64,000 nucleotides of DNA from a virus (Duplodnaviria > Heunggongvirae > Uroviricota > Caudoviricetes). Below, one piece after another: positions 8,434-16,493 of this stretch. Under the pieces are notes generated by a model that saw only the letters and a program-made list of their open reading frames with translations, had not been told where the DNA came from and did no database searches. Positions within the stretch are counted from its first letter, which is position 1. Every line of letters begins with the position of its first letter. The stretch lies in IMG/VR virus record IMGVR_UViG_3300043425_000245; one strand, written 5' to 3'. A program made the position numbers and the translations under genes.

Positions 8434-8462
8434 TTGACTAATATTCCAGTCCTGAGTATAAT
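8434..8462 (+). promoter_or_regulatory. sigma70-type early promoter
   Basis: TTGACT-17-TATAAT. Confidence 0.85.
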
Positions 8463-8492
8463 AACCTTGTTGGGTATGATAAAGGAATCTAG

Positions 8493-8639
8493 ATGGAATC
8501 GTTATTCACTGTGGTCTTTCTAACTGAACTAGAAGAGACGTATACGTTCACTGATCTTACTGTAACTGAAGTCACTGGTCTAGTGGATAAATTCCTAGAC
8601 GACACGGTGGTTGAAACGAAGATAACCCTTCAAGACTGA
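8493..8639 (+). CDS. small acidic early protein (48 aa)
   Basis: Manually translated; AAGGA SD and promoter upstream. Confidence 0.6.
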   Translation: MESLFTVVFLTELEETYTFTDLTVTEVTGLVDKFLDDTVVETKITLQD

Positions 8640-8649
8640 GGGGAATGGG

Positions 8650-8678
8650 TTTACTTTAAATCAAGATTGCGTTATAAT
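8650..8678 (+). promoter_or_regulatory. sigma70-type early promoter
   Basis: TTTACT-17-TATAAT. Confidence 0.8.
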
Positions 8679-8707
8679 ACTTGTATTGAATAAGAAAAGG
8701 AACTGAA

Positions 8708-9028
8708 ATGAATATGACTAAAATCTCCCGTGAGCTGATCGAATACTTGTCTTTCCGTGTTTTTACTAAAAATGACTACTATGGGTTCGCTGGGGTTTTG
8801 AGCCCGATTCCGTTGATCGCTGATAACGAAGACGAAGGTATCCTGATGATCATTGACGGTGACTACGCTGAGTTGTACGCTTATGACGGTGAAGGTTCAT
8901 TGGAGTGCGTTGATACCTGCGAAAACATCCGTGAGCTTCAGTACAAATCCGAAAAGCAGATCGCTATCGAAGCCGAGATTGCTAATATGGAAAAAGCCCT
9001 TGCCGCTCTTAAGGCAGAATTGAATTAA
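8708..9028 (+). CDS. hypothetical early protein
   Basis: SD AAGGA; own promoter. Confidence 0.7.
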   Translation: MNMTKISRELIEYLSFRVFTKNDYYGFAGVLSPIPLIADNEDEGILMIIDGDYAELYAYDGEGSLECVDTCENIRELQYKSEKQIAIEAEIANMEKALAALKAELN

Positions 9029-9067
9029 AGTCAAGCCCCTATGAAGTTGAGGGGATTACAGACCCAC

Positions 9068-9096
9068 TTGACTTTAATTCGGTGATGCGATATAAT
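9068..9096 (+). promoter_or_regulatory. sigma70-type early promoter
   Basis: TTGACT-17-TATAAT. Confidence 0.85.
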
Positions 9097-9120
9097 TGAT
9101 GTATTGATTAGGAGAAGTGA

Positions 9121-9321
9121 ATGAACCAAGTGTATAAGAGCAAGTCCCAAGTTCGTACTGAAACCTCTGAAGCCCTGCAGGATTTTCTGGCACGTGGTGG
9201 TAAGATCGAAGTGGTCAAAGCCCGAAAGGCACCCAAGCAAAAGATGCGTGCCAAGGCATCCAAGGGTGGATCAGCATCCACTAGTGGCTTTGCTACAGGA
9301 TACGTGAGCTCATCTTTCTAA
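9121..9321 (+). CDS. small basic early protein
   Basis: AGGAGA SD; FLARGGKIEVV motif common in phage small proteins. Confidence 0.7.
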   Translation: MNQVYKSKSQVRTETSEALQDFLARGGKIEVVKARKAPKQKMRAKASKGGSASTSGFATGYVSSSF

Positions 9322-9347
9322 TCCCTAGTAAGACTGAGGGGAATGGG

Positions 9348-9376
9348 TTTACTTTAATTCATGTCCCTGTTATAAT
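9348..9376 (+). promoter_or_regulatory. sigma70-type early promoter
   Basis: TTTACT-17-TATAAT. Confidence 0.8.
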
Positions 9377-9406
9377 TCTTATATGATGATTAGAAAAGGA
9401 AATGAA

Positions 9407-10312
9407 ATGACAGCTCGTATCGTGTTTGATAAGTCTTCTGAGAAGTTCGTTGGTTATGTTGGTAACAAGGCTGTGGTTCGTTCCAAGTATAAGGCAGCCG
9501 TTGAGAAGCGTATCGCTGAACTGGGTGGCTCGGTGGACTTTGCTGCCGCTGAACAAGCAGCTGCTGTACGTGATGCCAAGTTCGGTATCAATACACGATT
9601 CGAGTTCGTTGAGAAGTTGGTTAACATGGTCGCTGCTGGTGTTCAGCCCTCTGCCGTGATCACTGGTGAAGGTGGTCTCGGTAAGACTTTCACTGTCACC
9701 AAGACCCTTGAGTCTGCTGGTTACAAAGACATCAGCGATATGGGTGAATTCCAAGTTGGTCAAGTGGTTAACACTCGCAAGTGCTTCACCACTGTCAAGG
9801 GTTACTCTACTGCCAAAGGTTTGTATCGTACCCTGTTCGAGAACAACAAGTCCATCATCGTGTTCGACGACTGTGACGCTGTTCTGAAGGATCCCGTTGC
9901 CCTGAACTTGCTGAAGGGTGCTTTGGATTCCTACGGCAAGCGTATCATTAGCTGGAACGCTGACATGCGCGACGAAGATCTGCCTCGTTCGTTCAACTTT
10001 GAAGGTCGTGTTATCTTCATCTCCAACATGGACCAGAACAACATCGACCAAGCCATCCGTTCACGCTCTATGTTGATTGACTTGTCCATGAATGCCGATC
10101 AGAAGATCGAGCGTATGGAAACCATCGCCAAGTGCGACTCGTTCATGCCCGAGTACGATGCCCAGATCAAGACCGATGCGCTGAACCTGATCCGTGAGCT
10201 GAAGGATTCAGCCAAGGAAATCAGCCTTCGCACTCTGATCTCCGTGTGTAAGATCCGTGCTAGCAATCCCAAGGACTATGCCGCTCTCGCCGAATACATG
10301 ATCTGCCAATAA
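9407..10312 (+). CDS. AAA+ / P-loop ATPase
   Basis: Walker A GEGGLGKT, Walker B IIVFDDCD, FISN sensor, AIRSR Arg finger. Confidence 0.85.
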   Translation: MTARIVFDKSSEKFVGYVGNKAVVRSKYKAAVEKRIAELGGSVDFAAAEQAAAVRDAKFGINTRFEFVEKLVNMVAAGVQPSAVITGEGGLGKTFTVTKTLESAGYKDISDMGEFQVGQVVNTRKCFTTVKGYSTAKGLYRTLFENNKSIIVFDDCDAVLKDPVALNLLKGALDSYGKRIISWNADMRDEDLPRSFNFEGRVIFISNMDQNNIDQAIRSRSMLIDLSMNADQKIERMETIAKCDSFMPEYDAQIKTDALNLIRELKDSAKEISLRTLISVCKIRASNPKDYAALAEYMICQ

Positions 10313-10331
10313 CCCTCATGCCCTGAGGGGC

Positions 10332-10360
10332 TTTACTTTAATTAGACATAGCAGTATAAT
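10332..10360 (+). promoter_or_regulatory. sigma70-type early promoter
   Basis: TTTACT-17-TATAAT. Confidence 0.8.
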
Positions 10361-10383
10361 TAATGTATTGAAGGAGAAAAGAT

Positions 10384-10473
10384 ATGACTGATGTACTGAT
10401 TTCTATCGCTGCTATTGTTGTCTTGTTGGGCATGCGTGCTTACTTCAAAGACTGGAATCTGGAGGAAGTTTAA
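10384..10473 (+). CDS. 29 aa membrane peptide
   Basis: AGGAGA SD; MTDVLISIAAIVVLLGMRAYFKDWNLEEV; TAATG coupling to next ORF. Confidence 0.55.
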   Translation: MTDVLISIAAIVVLLGMRAYFKDWNLEEV

Positions 10474-10673
10474 TGTACACAGTCATCTTTCCCTCTGGTA
10501 AGGTATTGACCTTCACCGTGAAAGCAGTCGCTGAGACTTATGCCAAAGCATATCGTGGTACACTGTGTCAAGATCGTAAGACTGGCGAGTACTATAACCC
10601 GCAAGAGAAGTTCGATGAGCTGTTGAACTCCGCTGAATTTATTAATGTTATGAAAAGGATGCAAAATGTTTGA
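10473..10673 (+). CDS. hypothetical early protein
   Basis: GGAGG SD, TAATG overlap. Confidence 0.65.
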   Translation: MYTVIFPSGKVLTFTVKAVAETYAKAYRGTLCQDRKTGEYYNPQEKFDELLNSAEFINVMKRMQNV

Positions 10674-10779
10674 AATGATGATCGCCGTCCTCCAAGGACA
10701 CTCTGCCAAGGTCGTTAAGGCTGTTGAGAAGGAACTCAAGCCATACGTGACAGCAACCCGAGTTATCCGTAGGAAATAA
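10666..10779 (+). CDS. small basic peptide (37 aa)
   Basis: Manually translated; AAGGA SD. Confidence 0.5.
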   Translation: MFEMMIAVLQGHSAKVVKAVEKELKPYVTATRVIRRK

Positions 10780-10798
10780 CCCTACAATCCTGCGGGGC

Positions 10799-10827
10799 TT
10801 TTCTTTTAATCAGTATCGTGGTATAAT
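10799..10827 (+). promoter_or_regulatory. sigma70-type early promoter
   Basis: TTTTCT-17-TATAAT plus conserved downstream TACTGTATTGATTAGGAGAA. Confidence 0.75.
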
Positions 10828-10852
10828 TACTGTATTGATTAGGAGAAGTGTT

Positions 10853-11050
10853 ATGACCAAAGTTGAAGCCATCAAAGAACACATTGCCCTTCGTGAAGCC
10901 TTCTGGGGTAAGTATAGCAAGATGAAGTATGCATATGGCTTCGTCCGTTGCTTGTTCCATAAGCAGTCACTGATTGAAGGTGCTTCCGCTGGTCTTCGTG
11001 TTTACATCAAGGACTATGGTACAGCTGCTAACTTGAACAAGAGCCTGTAA
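10853..11050 (+). CDS. hypothetical early protein
   Basis: AGGAGA SD. Confidence 0.65.
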   Translation: MTKVEAIKEHIALREAFWGKYSKMKYAYGFVRCLFHKQSLIEGASAGLRVYIKDYGTAANLNKSL

Positions 11051-11051
11051 T

Positions 11052-11342
11052 ATGTTGAAAGCCCTCAAGCGTGACCCAGTGTTGTTGATTCCCCTGACCA
11101 TCGGTGGGATCTTCCTAGCAGGTGCTTTCATGGTGTTCTTGGCTCTGTTGAATGAAGCCCTTGGTTACCGAGTGATCTTGGAAACCTTCCCAGGAACCAA
11201 GTCCGTCTGCGCTGCTACTCAGTACAACTACTCCCTGAAAGTGACCCAATGCACCAAGTATCAGTCCGTGCCAGCTACCTGCAAGAAGGTTGAGCGCCAT
11301 GGTCCGATCTTTGACACCTTTGTAAACACTGAGTGTAATTAA
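11052..11342 (+). CDS. membrane-anchored small protein with 4 Cys
   Basis: N-terminal hydrophobic helix; Cys in the predicted exported part. Confidence 0.6.
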   Translation: MLKALKRDPVLLIPLTIGGIFLAGAFMVFLALLNEALGYRVILETFPGTKSVCAATQYNYSLKVTQCTKYQSVPATCKKVERHGPIFDTFVNTECN

Positions 11343-11361
11343 CCCTACAATCCTGCGGGGC

Positions 11362-11390
11362 TTTACTTTAATTACAAGAACCCTTATAAT
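11362..11390 (+). promoter_or_regulatory. sigma70-type early promoter
   Basis: TTTACT-17-TATAAT. Confidence 0.8.
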
Positions 11391-11415
11391 TACTGTATTG
11401 ATTAGGAGAAAACAA

Positions 11416-11616
11416 ATGGCTGCAAAGATGACTTACTCGGATGTCCGTACCCTGCAAGACTCTATCCCAAAGAGTGGTATGCAAGGTCACTATGTACTGG
11501 GTGCTTATGAAGTGATGTTCGCCGACCTCGTGGCTGACCTTCCCAAGCATAAGCAAGTAGAGTATCGCTCTGCTATGGAACGTCTCGCCGAACGTGCTCG
11601 TCAAATTACTGCTTGA
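11416..11616 (+). CDS. hypothetical early protein
   Basis: AGGAGA SD. Confidence 0.65.
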   Translation: MAAKMTYSDVRTLQDSIPKSGMQGHYVLGAYEVMFADLVADLPKHKQVEYRSAMERLAERARQITA

Positions 11617-11641
11617 CTTTAATTAGCAGTCCTGGTATAAT
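11613..11641 (+). promoter_or_regulatory. sigma70-type early promoter
   Basis: TTGACT-17-TATAAT. Confidence 0.85.
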
Positions 11642-11664
11642 AACTGTATAGATTGGAGAAAAGT

Positions 11665-11835
11665 ATGCGTGGTTCTATCCGTGTTGGTGTTGGTTTCCTG
11701 TTGGCGTTCGGTGCAGTTGGTGGTCTGGAGAACACTATGAACAGTGAAGTGATGGCTCTGGTGAGTCTGTGTGCCATTGCTGCTGCTGGTCTCGGACTTA
11801 TGTACAGTGGCGTGAGTGCTATGCGGGAAGTCTAA
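11665..11835 (+). CDS. small two-helix membrane protein
   Basis: GGAGA SD; two hydrophobic stretches. Confidence 0.6.
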   Translation: MRGSIRVGVGFLLAFGAVGGLENTMNSEVMALVSLCAIAAAGLGLMYSGVSAMREV

Positions 11836-12095
11836 TTGCTCCGTGCGCCCTATGGGCGTGTCGGTATGGGAAGTCCCAAAAGTGGAGTATAACTGGGGGC
11901 GTCTCGGTATGCCCGTGGCGGTATGCGCATCGGTAAAAATAGATTTCAGGGTCCCCTTTTTCGATACCCAAACACGACCTAAACTCCCCCATCATATTAT
12001 TCTCTCTCAGCACAATCTCAAAAATACTTGGCACTTTTCAAAGTGTTTTCTCTAAAAAATTTCCCGCAGAAAAAATTTCACGTAAAAGGTTCATC

Positions 12096-12248
12096 ATGCG
12101 TAACTTGGTTATTCAACGTATCTCTGAGGTTCTCATAGAAGCACCCGATCTTCAAGACGAATTGGATATTTCCCCCGAGGAATTAAACAACTTATCCAAC
12201 GAAGAACTCTTGGATTTGTTTGAAGAAATTTTCGGATTTGGTGGTTAA
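12096..12248 (+). CDS. small acidic protein (50 aa)
   Basis: Manually translated; AAGGT SD. Confidence 0.55.
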   Translation: MRNLVIQRISEVLIEAPDLQDELDISPEELNNLSNEELLDLFEEIFGFGG

Positions 12249-12249
12249 T

Positions 12250-12432
12250 ATGCTTTTACTCAATATGTTTATTTGTATACTCTGTGCCTATATGGCGGGA
12301 GCTTTGAAGTGTTCAATTGATATTGATAGGTTAGATAATTACCCTATTGCTTGGTACAGGTATGCTATGGTGGTTTGTAACCTATTGGCTTCTGTGTTTA
12401 ATATGATTGTAGTTGTGGGAAGTGTAAAATGA
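12250..12432 (+). CDS. small membrane protein
   Basis: Start right after the previous stop; hydrophobic. Confidence 0.5.
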   Translation: MLLLNMFICILCAYMAGALKCSIDIDRLDNYPIAWYRYAMVVCNLLASVFNMIVVVGSVK

Positions 12433-12623
12433 CACGTATTAAAGAACTTATCGAAACAAAATCTAACATTTTGTTTCCTGGAACTGACACTGTTGATTGC
12501 CAAATTTCAGACATTGAAAAGTTCGCTCAGTTGATTATAGACGAATGTATCCAAGTGGCATTGAACGCAAAGTCAAAGGAAGCAGCAGCAATGATAGTTA
12601 TGCATTTTGGAGTTGGAAAATGA
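12429..12623 (+). CDS. hypothetical protein
   Basis: ATGA overlap; EKFAQLIIDECI..HFGV motif. Confidence 0.6.
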   Translation: MTRIKELIETKSNILFPGTDTVDCQISDIEKFAQLIIDECIQVALNAKSKEAAAMIVMHFGVGK

Positions 12624-12763
12624 GTTATTTGTATTGGATTGGTTTATTGATGTATCTTGCAGCTGGAGCCATGCTTCATGATGTACCGTTTTTAAGGTTT
12701 ATCTCAGCCATGATTCTAGTTTCAGCTGGAACGATCTTTGCGATTCTCGGAAAAGCTGCATGA
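12620..12763 (+). CDS. small membrane protein
   Basis: ATGA overlap; two TM stretches. Confidence 0.55.
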   Translation: MSYLYWIGLLMYLAAGAMLHDVPFLRFISAMILVSAGTIFAILGKAA

Positions 12764-12900
12764 GTTATCGTAATTACTATTGGAACAAGTTCAAAGAACA
12801 GTTTGAGCTTACTTGGAAGATTCTTTGGCACGGTGTCATTCGTAACGAAGGGCACCATAGCAAATGGGGTCGGGGTTGGTTTTACGGGAAGAAGAAATGA
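12760..12900 (+). CDS. small Trp-rich protein (46 aa)
   Basis: Manually translated; ATGA overlaps at both ends. Confidence 0.5.
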   Translation: MSYRNYYWNKFKEQFELTWKILWHGVIRNEGHHSKWGRGWFYGKKK

Positions 12901-13112
12901 AAGATTCTACTATTGGCGGGATTATCCTTGGATATTTCCTAGCATTTATTTTAACGTTTGGGCATGCTTATCGTAGTATTCCCGAAGTTGAGCAGCGAGA
13001 GTATGCAGGGCAGGTTTATACTGTACACAACGGAGTAGGTGTAAAAGCAACGGGAGCCTTCCTTTCTTCTATGTTTTGGCCACTGTACTGGTCTGTAAAG
13101 GTTTGGGAATGA
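12897..13112 (+). CDS. small membrane protein
   Basis: ATGA overlap; TM helices ending FWPLYW. Confidence 0.55.
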   Translation: MKDSTIGGIILGYFLAFILTFGHAYRSIPEVEQREYAGQVYTVHNGVGVKATGAFLSSMFWPLYWSVKVWE

Positions 13113-13294
13113 GTGAACGTTGTTTAGAGTGTGGCGCAAAAGCCACTTGGATGCGGTCTACGCAGTTTGCGGGAGACCATCCTTATTGCGAAGAACACGC
13201 TAAGTTAGAGAAGGACTTTGGTGTTTCGGATTCTTATGGCTACTGGTACGAAATAAAAATTTCGGGTTCCCCAGAGACAGAGACAACAGAGTAA
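13109..13294 (+). CDS. small Zn-ribbon-like protein
   Basis: CLECG..YCEEH. Confidence 0.55.
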   Translation: MSERCLECGAKATWMRSTQFAGDHPYCEEHAKLEKDFGVSDSYGYWYEIKISGSPETETTE

Positions 13295-13300
13295 TTCCGC

Positions 13301-13329
13301 TTGCCTTGCAAGAACTTTTATAGTATAAT
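13301..13329 (+). promoter_or_regulatory. sigma70-type promoter, ATG 6 nt downstream (leaderless)
   Basis: TTGCCT-17-TATAAT-AGTGTT-ATG. Confidence 0.65.
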
Positions 13330-13335
13330 AGTGTT

Positions 13336-13494
13336 ATGACTGATAGCGAAGTAGAACAATTTTATAATGAGCTGGTTGAGCACTATGGCGACAAGCTAGT
13401 TAATTTTGAACATTATCCTAGACAGTTCGCTAATCAGGTGAAACTGTATAGGTATTACAAGGAAAAACAAAATGAAAATAGCAGTGTGCAGTGA
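13336..13494 (+). CDS. small protein (52 aa), probably leaderless
   Basis: Manually translated MTDSEVEQFYNELVEHYGDKLVNFEHYPRQFANQVKLYRYY... Confidence 0.65.
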   Translation: MTDSEVEQFYNELVEHYGDKLVNFEHYPRQFANQVKLYRYYKEKQNENSSVQ

Positions 13495-14398
13495 TGTCCA
13501 TTTGGAGTTTGGTCCACTGACGTTGGAAAACCCAGGAGATGTAGAAGTTCTCATCTTGTCTGGTGATATTTTAGTTGAGCGTGACCTAGACATGTACGAT
13601 CGCCGTCAAGTTGAACTTGGTTTCATGCGTTATCGCTCAGAAATGTTCCATACATTCTTTCAAGAGTGTTCAAAGGCATTTCCCCACGTACTTTATGTTG
13701 CTGGTAACCATGAATCTTATCATGGGGATTTCGCTCACACCACTAATGAGTTAAAGCGCAAGCTGGCTTACCTTGAGAACGTTCATGTTCTTGATAAAGA
13801 GGTGTTCAAGCTAGGTGATTACACATTCGTTGGTTCGACTTTATGGACTAACATGAACAACGAAGACCCGTTGACCATGTATCACATGAAGGATTACATG
13901 AACGACTTTAGAATCATCAAAAACTCCAATAATATGGTTGTTAGAAACGTTCCAATCTATGAGTATGATAGTCTTGGCAACGTTGCTCGTAACGAAGCTG
14001 GTCAACAAATCCAGATCGGTATGAAGAAAAAAGAAGAACCTGCTAGGTTCACCCCTGAAGACGCTGTTGAAGAAAACAAGAAGTGTTTTGAGTTCATCAA
14101 ATTTGTGGTTTCCGAGGCTAAAGATAACGAGAAAGTAATTGTTGTGGGTCACCACACCCCTTCTCATCAATCTTGCCACCCTCGCTACAAAGATGATCAA
14201 ATCATGAACGGTGGCTACCATAACAGCTACGAAGATTACATCATGGACCACCCGAAAATCGCTTTGTGGACTCATGGTCATACTCATGAACGCTACGACT
14301 ACATGATTGGGGACACTCGTATCGTGTGTAATCCACGTGGTTACGTTGGTCATGAGCAGATTTCTGTTGATTTTGAGTTGAAGGTTGTAGAAGTATGA
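13472..14398 (+). CDS. calcineurin-like metallophosphoesterase
   Basis: SDVHLE, LSGD, GNHE, GHHxP and HGHTH motifs. Confidence 0.9.
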   Translation: MKIAVCSDVHLEFGPLTLENPGDVEVLILSGDILVERDLDMYDRRQVELGFMRYRSEMFHTFFQECSKAFPHVLYVAGNHESYHGDFAHTTNELKRKLAYLENVHVLDKEVFKLGDYTFVGSTLWTNMNNEDPLTMYHMKDYMNDFRIIKNSNNMVVRNVPIYEYDSLGNVARNEAGQQIQIGMKKKEEPARFTPEDAVEENKKCFEFIKFVVSEAKDNEKVIVVGHHTPSHQSCHPRYKDDQIMNGGYHNSYEDYIMDHPKIALWTHGHTHERYDYMIGDTRIVCNPRGYVGHEQISVDFELKVVEV

Positions 14399-14553
14399 GT
14401 AATATGAAGTACAACCCCAACGAAAATTTGGAAAAAGAGCAAGAGGACGCTTTGGAGTTTTATATGAAAAAGTGTTCTCAGCTTGAAACTGAAAATAAAG
14501 AACTCAAAGAGCGTCTTGCTCGTCTAATATGGAGCATGGAAGAACATGACTAA
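14395..14553 (+). CDS. small coiled-coil protein
   Basis: Manually translated; ATGA overlap. Confidence 0.5.
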   Translation: MSNMKYNPNENLEKEQEDALEFYMKKCSQLETENKELKERLARLIWSMEEHD

Positions 14554-14749
14554 ATTTACCCTTGTGTGTGATCATTCTAGTGATCTAGATACGCACGTTG
14601 TTACACACACATTTAATTCTGCGTATTTACCCGACGTTCTTTTAAACATTGAACAATTCCTCCGTGGAGCAGGTTATCACTTTGATGGTATGTTAACCAT
14701 TGAAGAATCACACTCCGAACATTATTACGATACTGAAAGAAACCGATGA
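14546..14749 (+). CDS. hypothetical protein
   Basis: FEQFLRGAGY-type motif (IEQFLRGAGY) seen in T4-like small ORFs. Confidence 0.6.
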   Translation: MTKFTLVCDHSSDLDTHVVTHTFNSAYLPDVLLNIEQFLRGAGYHFDGMLTIEESHSEHYYDTERNR

Positions 14750-15117
14750 ATCCATTTAACGATGTAGAAAAATTCCTGAACGCTGTTGGGCAAAACCCAC
14801 CGCCATTCACTGTTGGTGAAAACCCTCAATCGCTCTTGTATAAAGAGTTGATTCGAGAGGAAATCAAAGAGTTCTGGGAAGCTGATGAAGCTAACGATGA
14901 CGTTGAGCGTTTGGATGCTTGCTTTGATATGATTTGGGTTATCGTTGGATATGCTCGTTCGCGTGGTTGGGATTTTGACCTTGCGTGGGAAGAAGGTGCT
15001 GACTCTAACCTTTCCAAGATTGATCCAGAAACTGGTTTGGTTCGCCGTCGCGAAGATGGTAAGATCTTGAAGCCAGAAGGCTGGAAACCACCTAACTTTG
15101 AACAATTTGTAAAATGA
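14746..15117 (+). CDS. MazG-like / PRA-PH-type nucleotide pyrophosphohydrolase
   Basis: LIREEIKE..DACFDMIWV..SNLSK..REDGKILKPEGW. Confidence 0.85.
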   Translation: MNPFNDVEKFLNAVGQNPPPFTVGENPQSLLYKELIREEIKEFWEADEANDDVERLDACFDMIWVIVGYARSRGWDFDLAWEEGADSNLSKIDPETGLVRRREDGKILKPEGWKPPNFEQFVK

Positions 15118-15611
15118 TTACTTTATACCTAGACATGGATGGTGTACTCGCCGACTTCAATAAAGAGTACACAAAATTTGACCCCGAGAAGTCCGACCGT
15201 AAGCGTTTCCGCGAGTCTGTTATTGAGCACCATATCTTCGAGAAGCTGGATTTCATGCCAGACGCTCAAGAATTGTTGAATCATGTATCTAGACTCAATG
15301 GAGTTAATGTTCAGATCTTGACTTCCATGGGTACACATGAGCCGATTCAAGCTAACATGGCTCAAATGCAAAAGATGAAGTGGCTTGATGCTAAGAACAT
15401 CCCTTACAAAGCTAATTTCGTTCACAATAAACAAGAGAAAGCCCGATTTGCTACTCCTCGATCTATTCTTATTGATGATTCTGTTGGTTGTATTTCTCCC
15501 TTTATTGAGGCTGGTGGTCATGGTATTCTCCATGTTAACGCTTCTGATACTATTCGGATTCTTGATTCAACCCTTCTTCAATTAAGGGCTTTAGATGCTA
15601 GATCTTTTTAA
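15114..15611 (+). CDS. HAD-family 5'(3')-deoxyribonucleotidase-like protein
   Basis: YLDMDGVLADF, ILTS, LIDD motifs. Confidence 0.85.
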   Translation: MITLYLDMDGVLADFNKEYTKFDPEKSDRKRFRESVIEHHIFEKLDFMPDAQELLNHVSRLNGVNVQILTSMGTHEPIQANMAQMQKMKWLDAKNIPYKANFVHNKQEKARFATPRSILIDDSVGCISPFIEAGGHGILHVNASDTIRILDSTLLQLRALDARSF

Positions 15612-15882
15612 ACCAACTTTCGATTGGATTCGCGATGACTTTACTTCCAACCCTTTCCGTTTTATTGTCGAGCTTCTTGCTTGGATTCTTAGTATTGGGT
15701 GCAGTCTCACTATGGCGATCACCGTCCCTAATCCGCCTCTTATTTACTTGTATCCTGTTTGGATTAGCGGTTGTGCTATGTACGCTTGGGCTGCCTTTAC
15801 TCGCAGATCATTTGGTATGCTTGCGAACTATGTCTTGCTAACTACAATTGATCTGATTGGTTTATTCAGAATGGTAATGTAA
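15595..15882 (+). CDS. membrane protein
   Basis: Three hydrophobic helices. Confidence 0.65.
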   Translation: MLDLFKPTFDWIRDDFTSNPFRFIVELLAWILSIGCSLTMAITVPNPPLIYLYPVWISGCAMYAWAAFTRRSFGMLANYVLLTTIDLIGLFRMVM

Positions 15883-15890
15883 AATATCGC

Positions 15891-15919
15891 TTTACTTTAA
15901 TTCAGGATTAGGGTATAAT
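15891..15919 (+). promoter_or_regulatory. sigma70-type early promoter, leaderless
   Basis: TTTACT-17-TATAAT-TATAGT-ATG. Confidence 0.8.
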
Positions 15920-15925
15920 TATAGT

Positions 15926-16474
15926 ATGAATATCTTTTATGTACACCCCGATCCTGTCATCTGCGCTCAGCAGCACGTTGACAAACACGTGGTCAAAATG
16001 ATTCTTGAATACGCTCAACTTCTGTCCACCGCTCATAGGTTTCTTGACGGTACAGAAGTTCAAGGTCTTTCTAATTCTGGTCGCAAAGCCAAACGTTGGC
16101 AACTCCCTGACGAACGTGACGAAGTTCTTTACAAAGCATCGCACATCAATCACCCTTCTGCTAAGTGGTGTCGTCATTCCCTTGAGAATTACAAACACTT
16201 GTTCACGCTCTGGATTGAATTGATGCGCGAGTATCACTATCGGTATGGTAAGATTCATGCATCAATGCGCCTTGCTAAACATCTAAAGAACGCACCAACT
16301 AATATTTCCAAAGACGAAAGTTTCTCCGCTCCATGGCGTGCAATGCCAGACGAATACAAAGTTGACCGTGCTGAACCTGACTACACTGTTAAGTCATATC
16401 GTGCATATTATCTCGGTGCAAAAACTTCAATGTTAAAGTGGAAAAATCGCCCAACACCTGACTGGGTTCGCTAA
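15926..16474 (+). CDS. pyrimidine-dimer DNA glycosylase family (DenV-related)
   Basis: MNIFY..CAQxHxDKHVVKMILEYAQLLSTAH..HINHPSAxW. Confidence 0.85.
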   Translation: MNIFYVHPDPVICAQQHVDKHVVKMILEYAQLLSTAHRFLDGTEVQGLSNSGRKAKRWQLPDERDEVLYKASHINHPSAKWCRHSLENYKHLFTLWIELMREYHYRYGKIHASMRLAKHLKNAPTNISKDESFSAPWRAMPDEYKVDRAEPDYTVKSYRAYYLGAKTSMLKWKNRPTPDWVR

Positions 16475-16477
16475 ATA
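16471..16477 (+). promoter_or_regulatory. late-promoter-like motif
   Basis: CTAAATA in intergenic gap before FmdB/PhoH. Confidence 0.45.
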
Positions 16478-16493
16478 GGTTTAAGGAGTTATA

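Noticed and set aside
9359-10051. Long minus-strand ORF opposite the AAA+ gene (also 1426-1974, 2712-3083, 13841-14353 and similar)
   Set aside because: Antisense shadows of well-supported genes produced by codon bias; no SD or promoter and no recognisable motifs.
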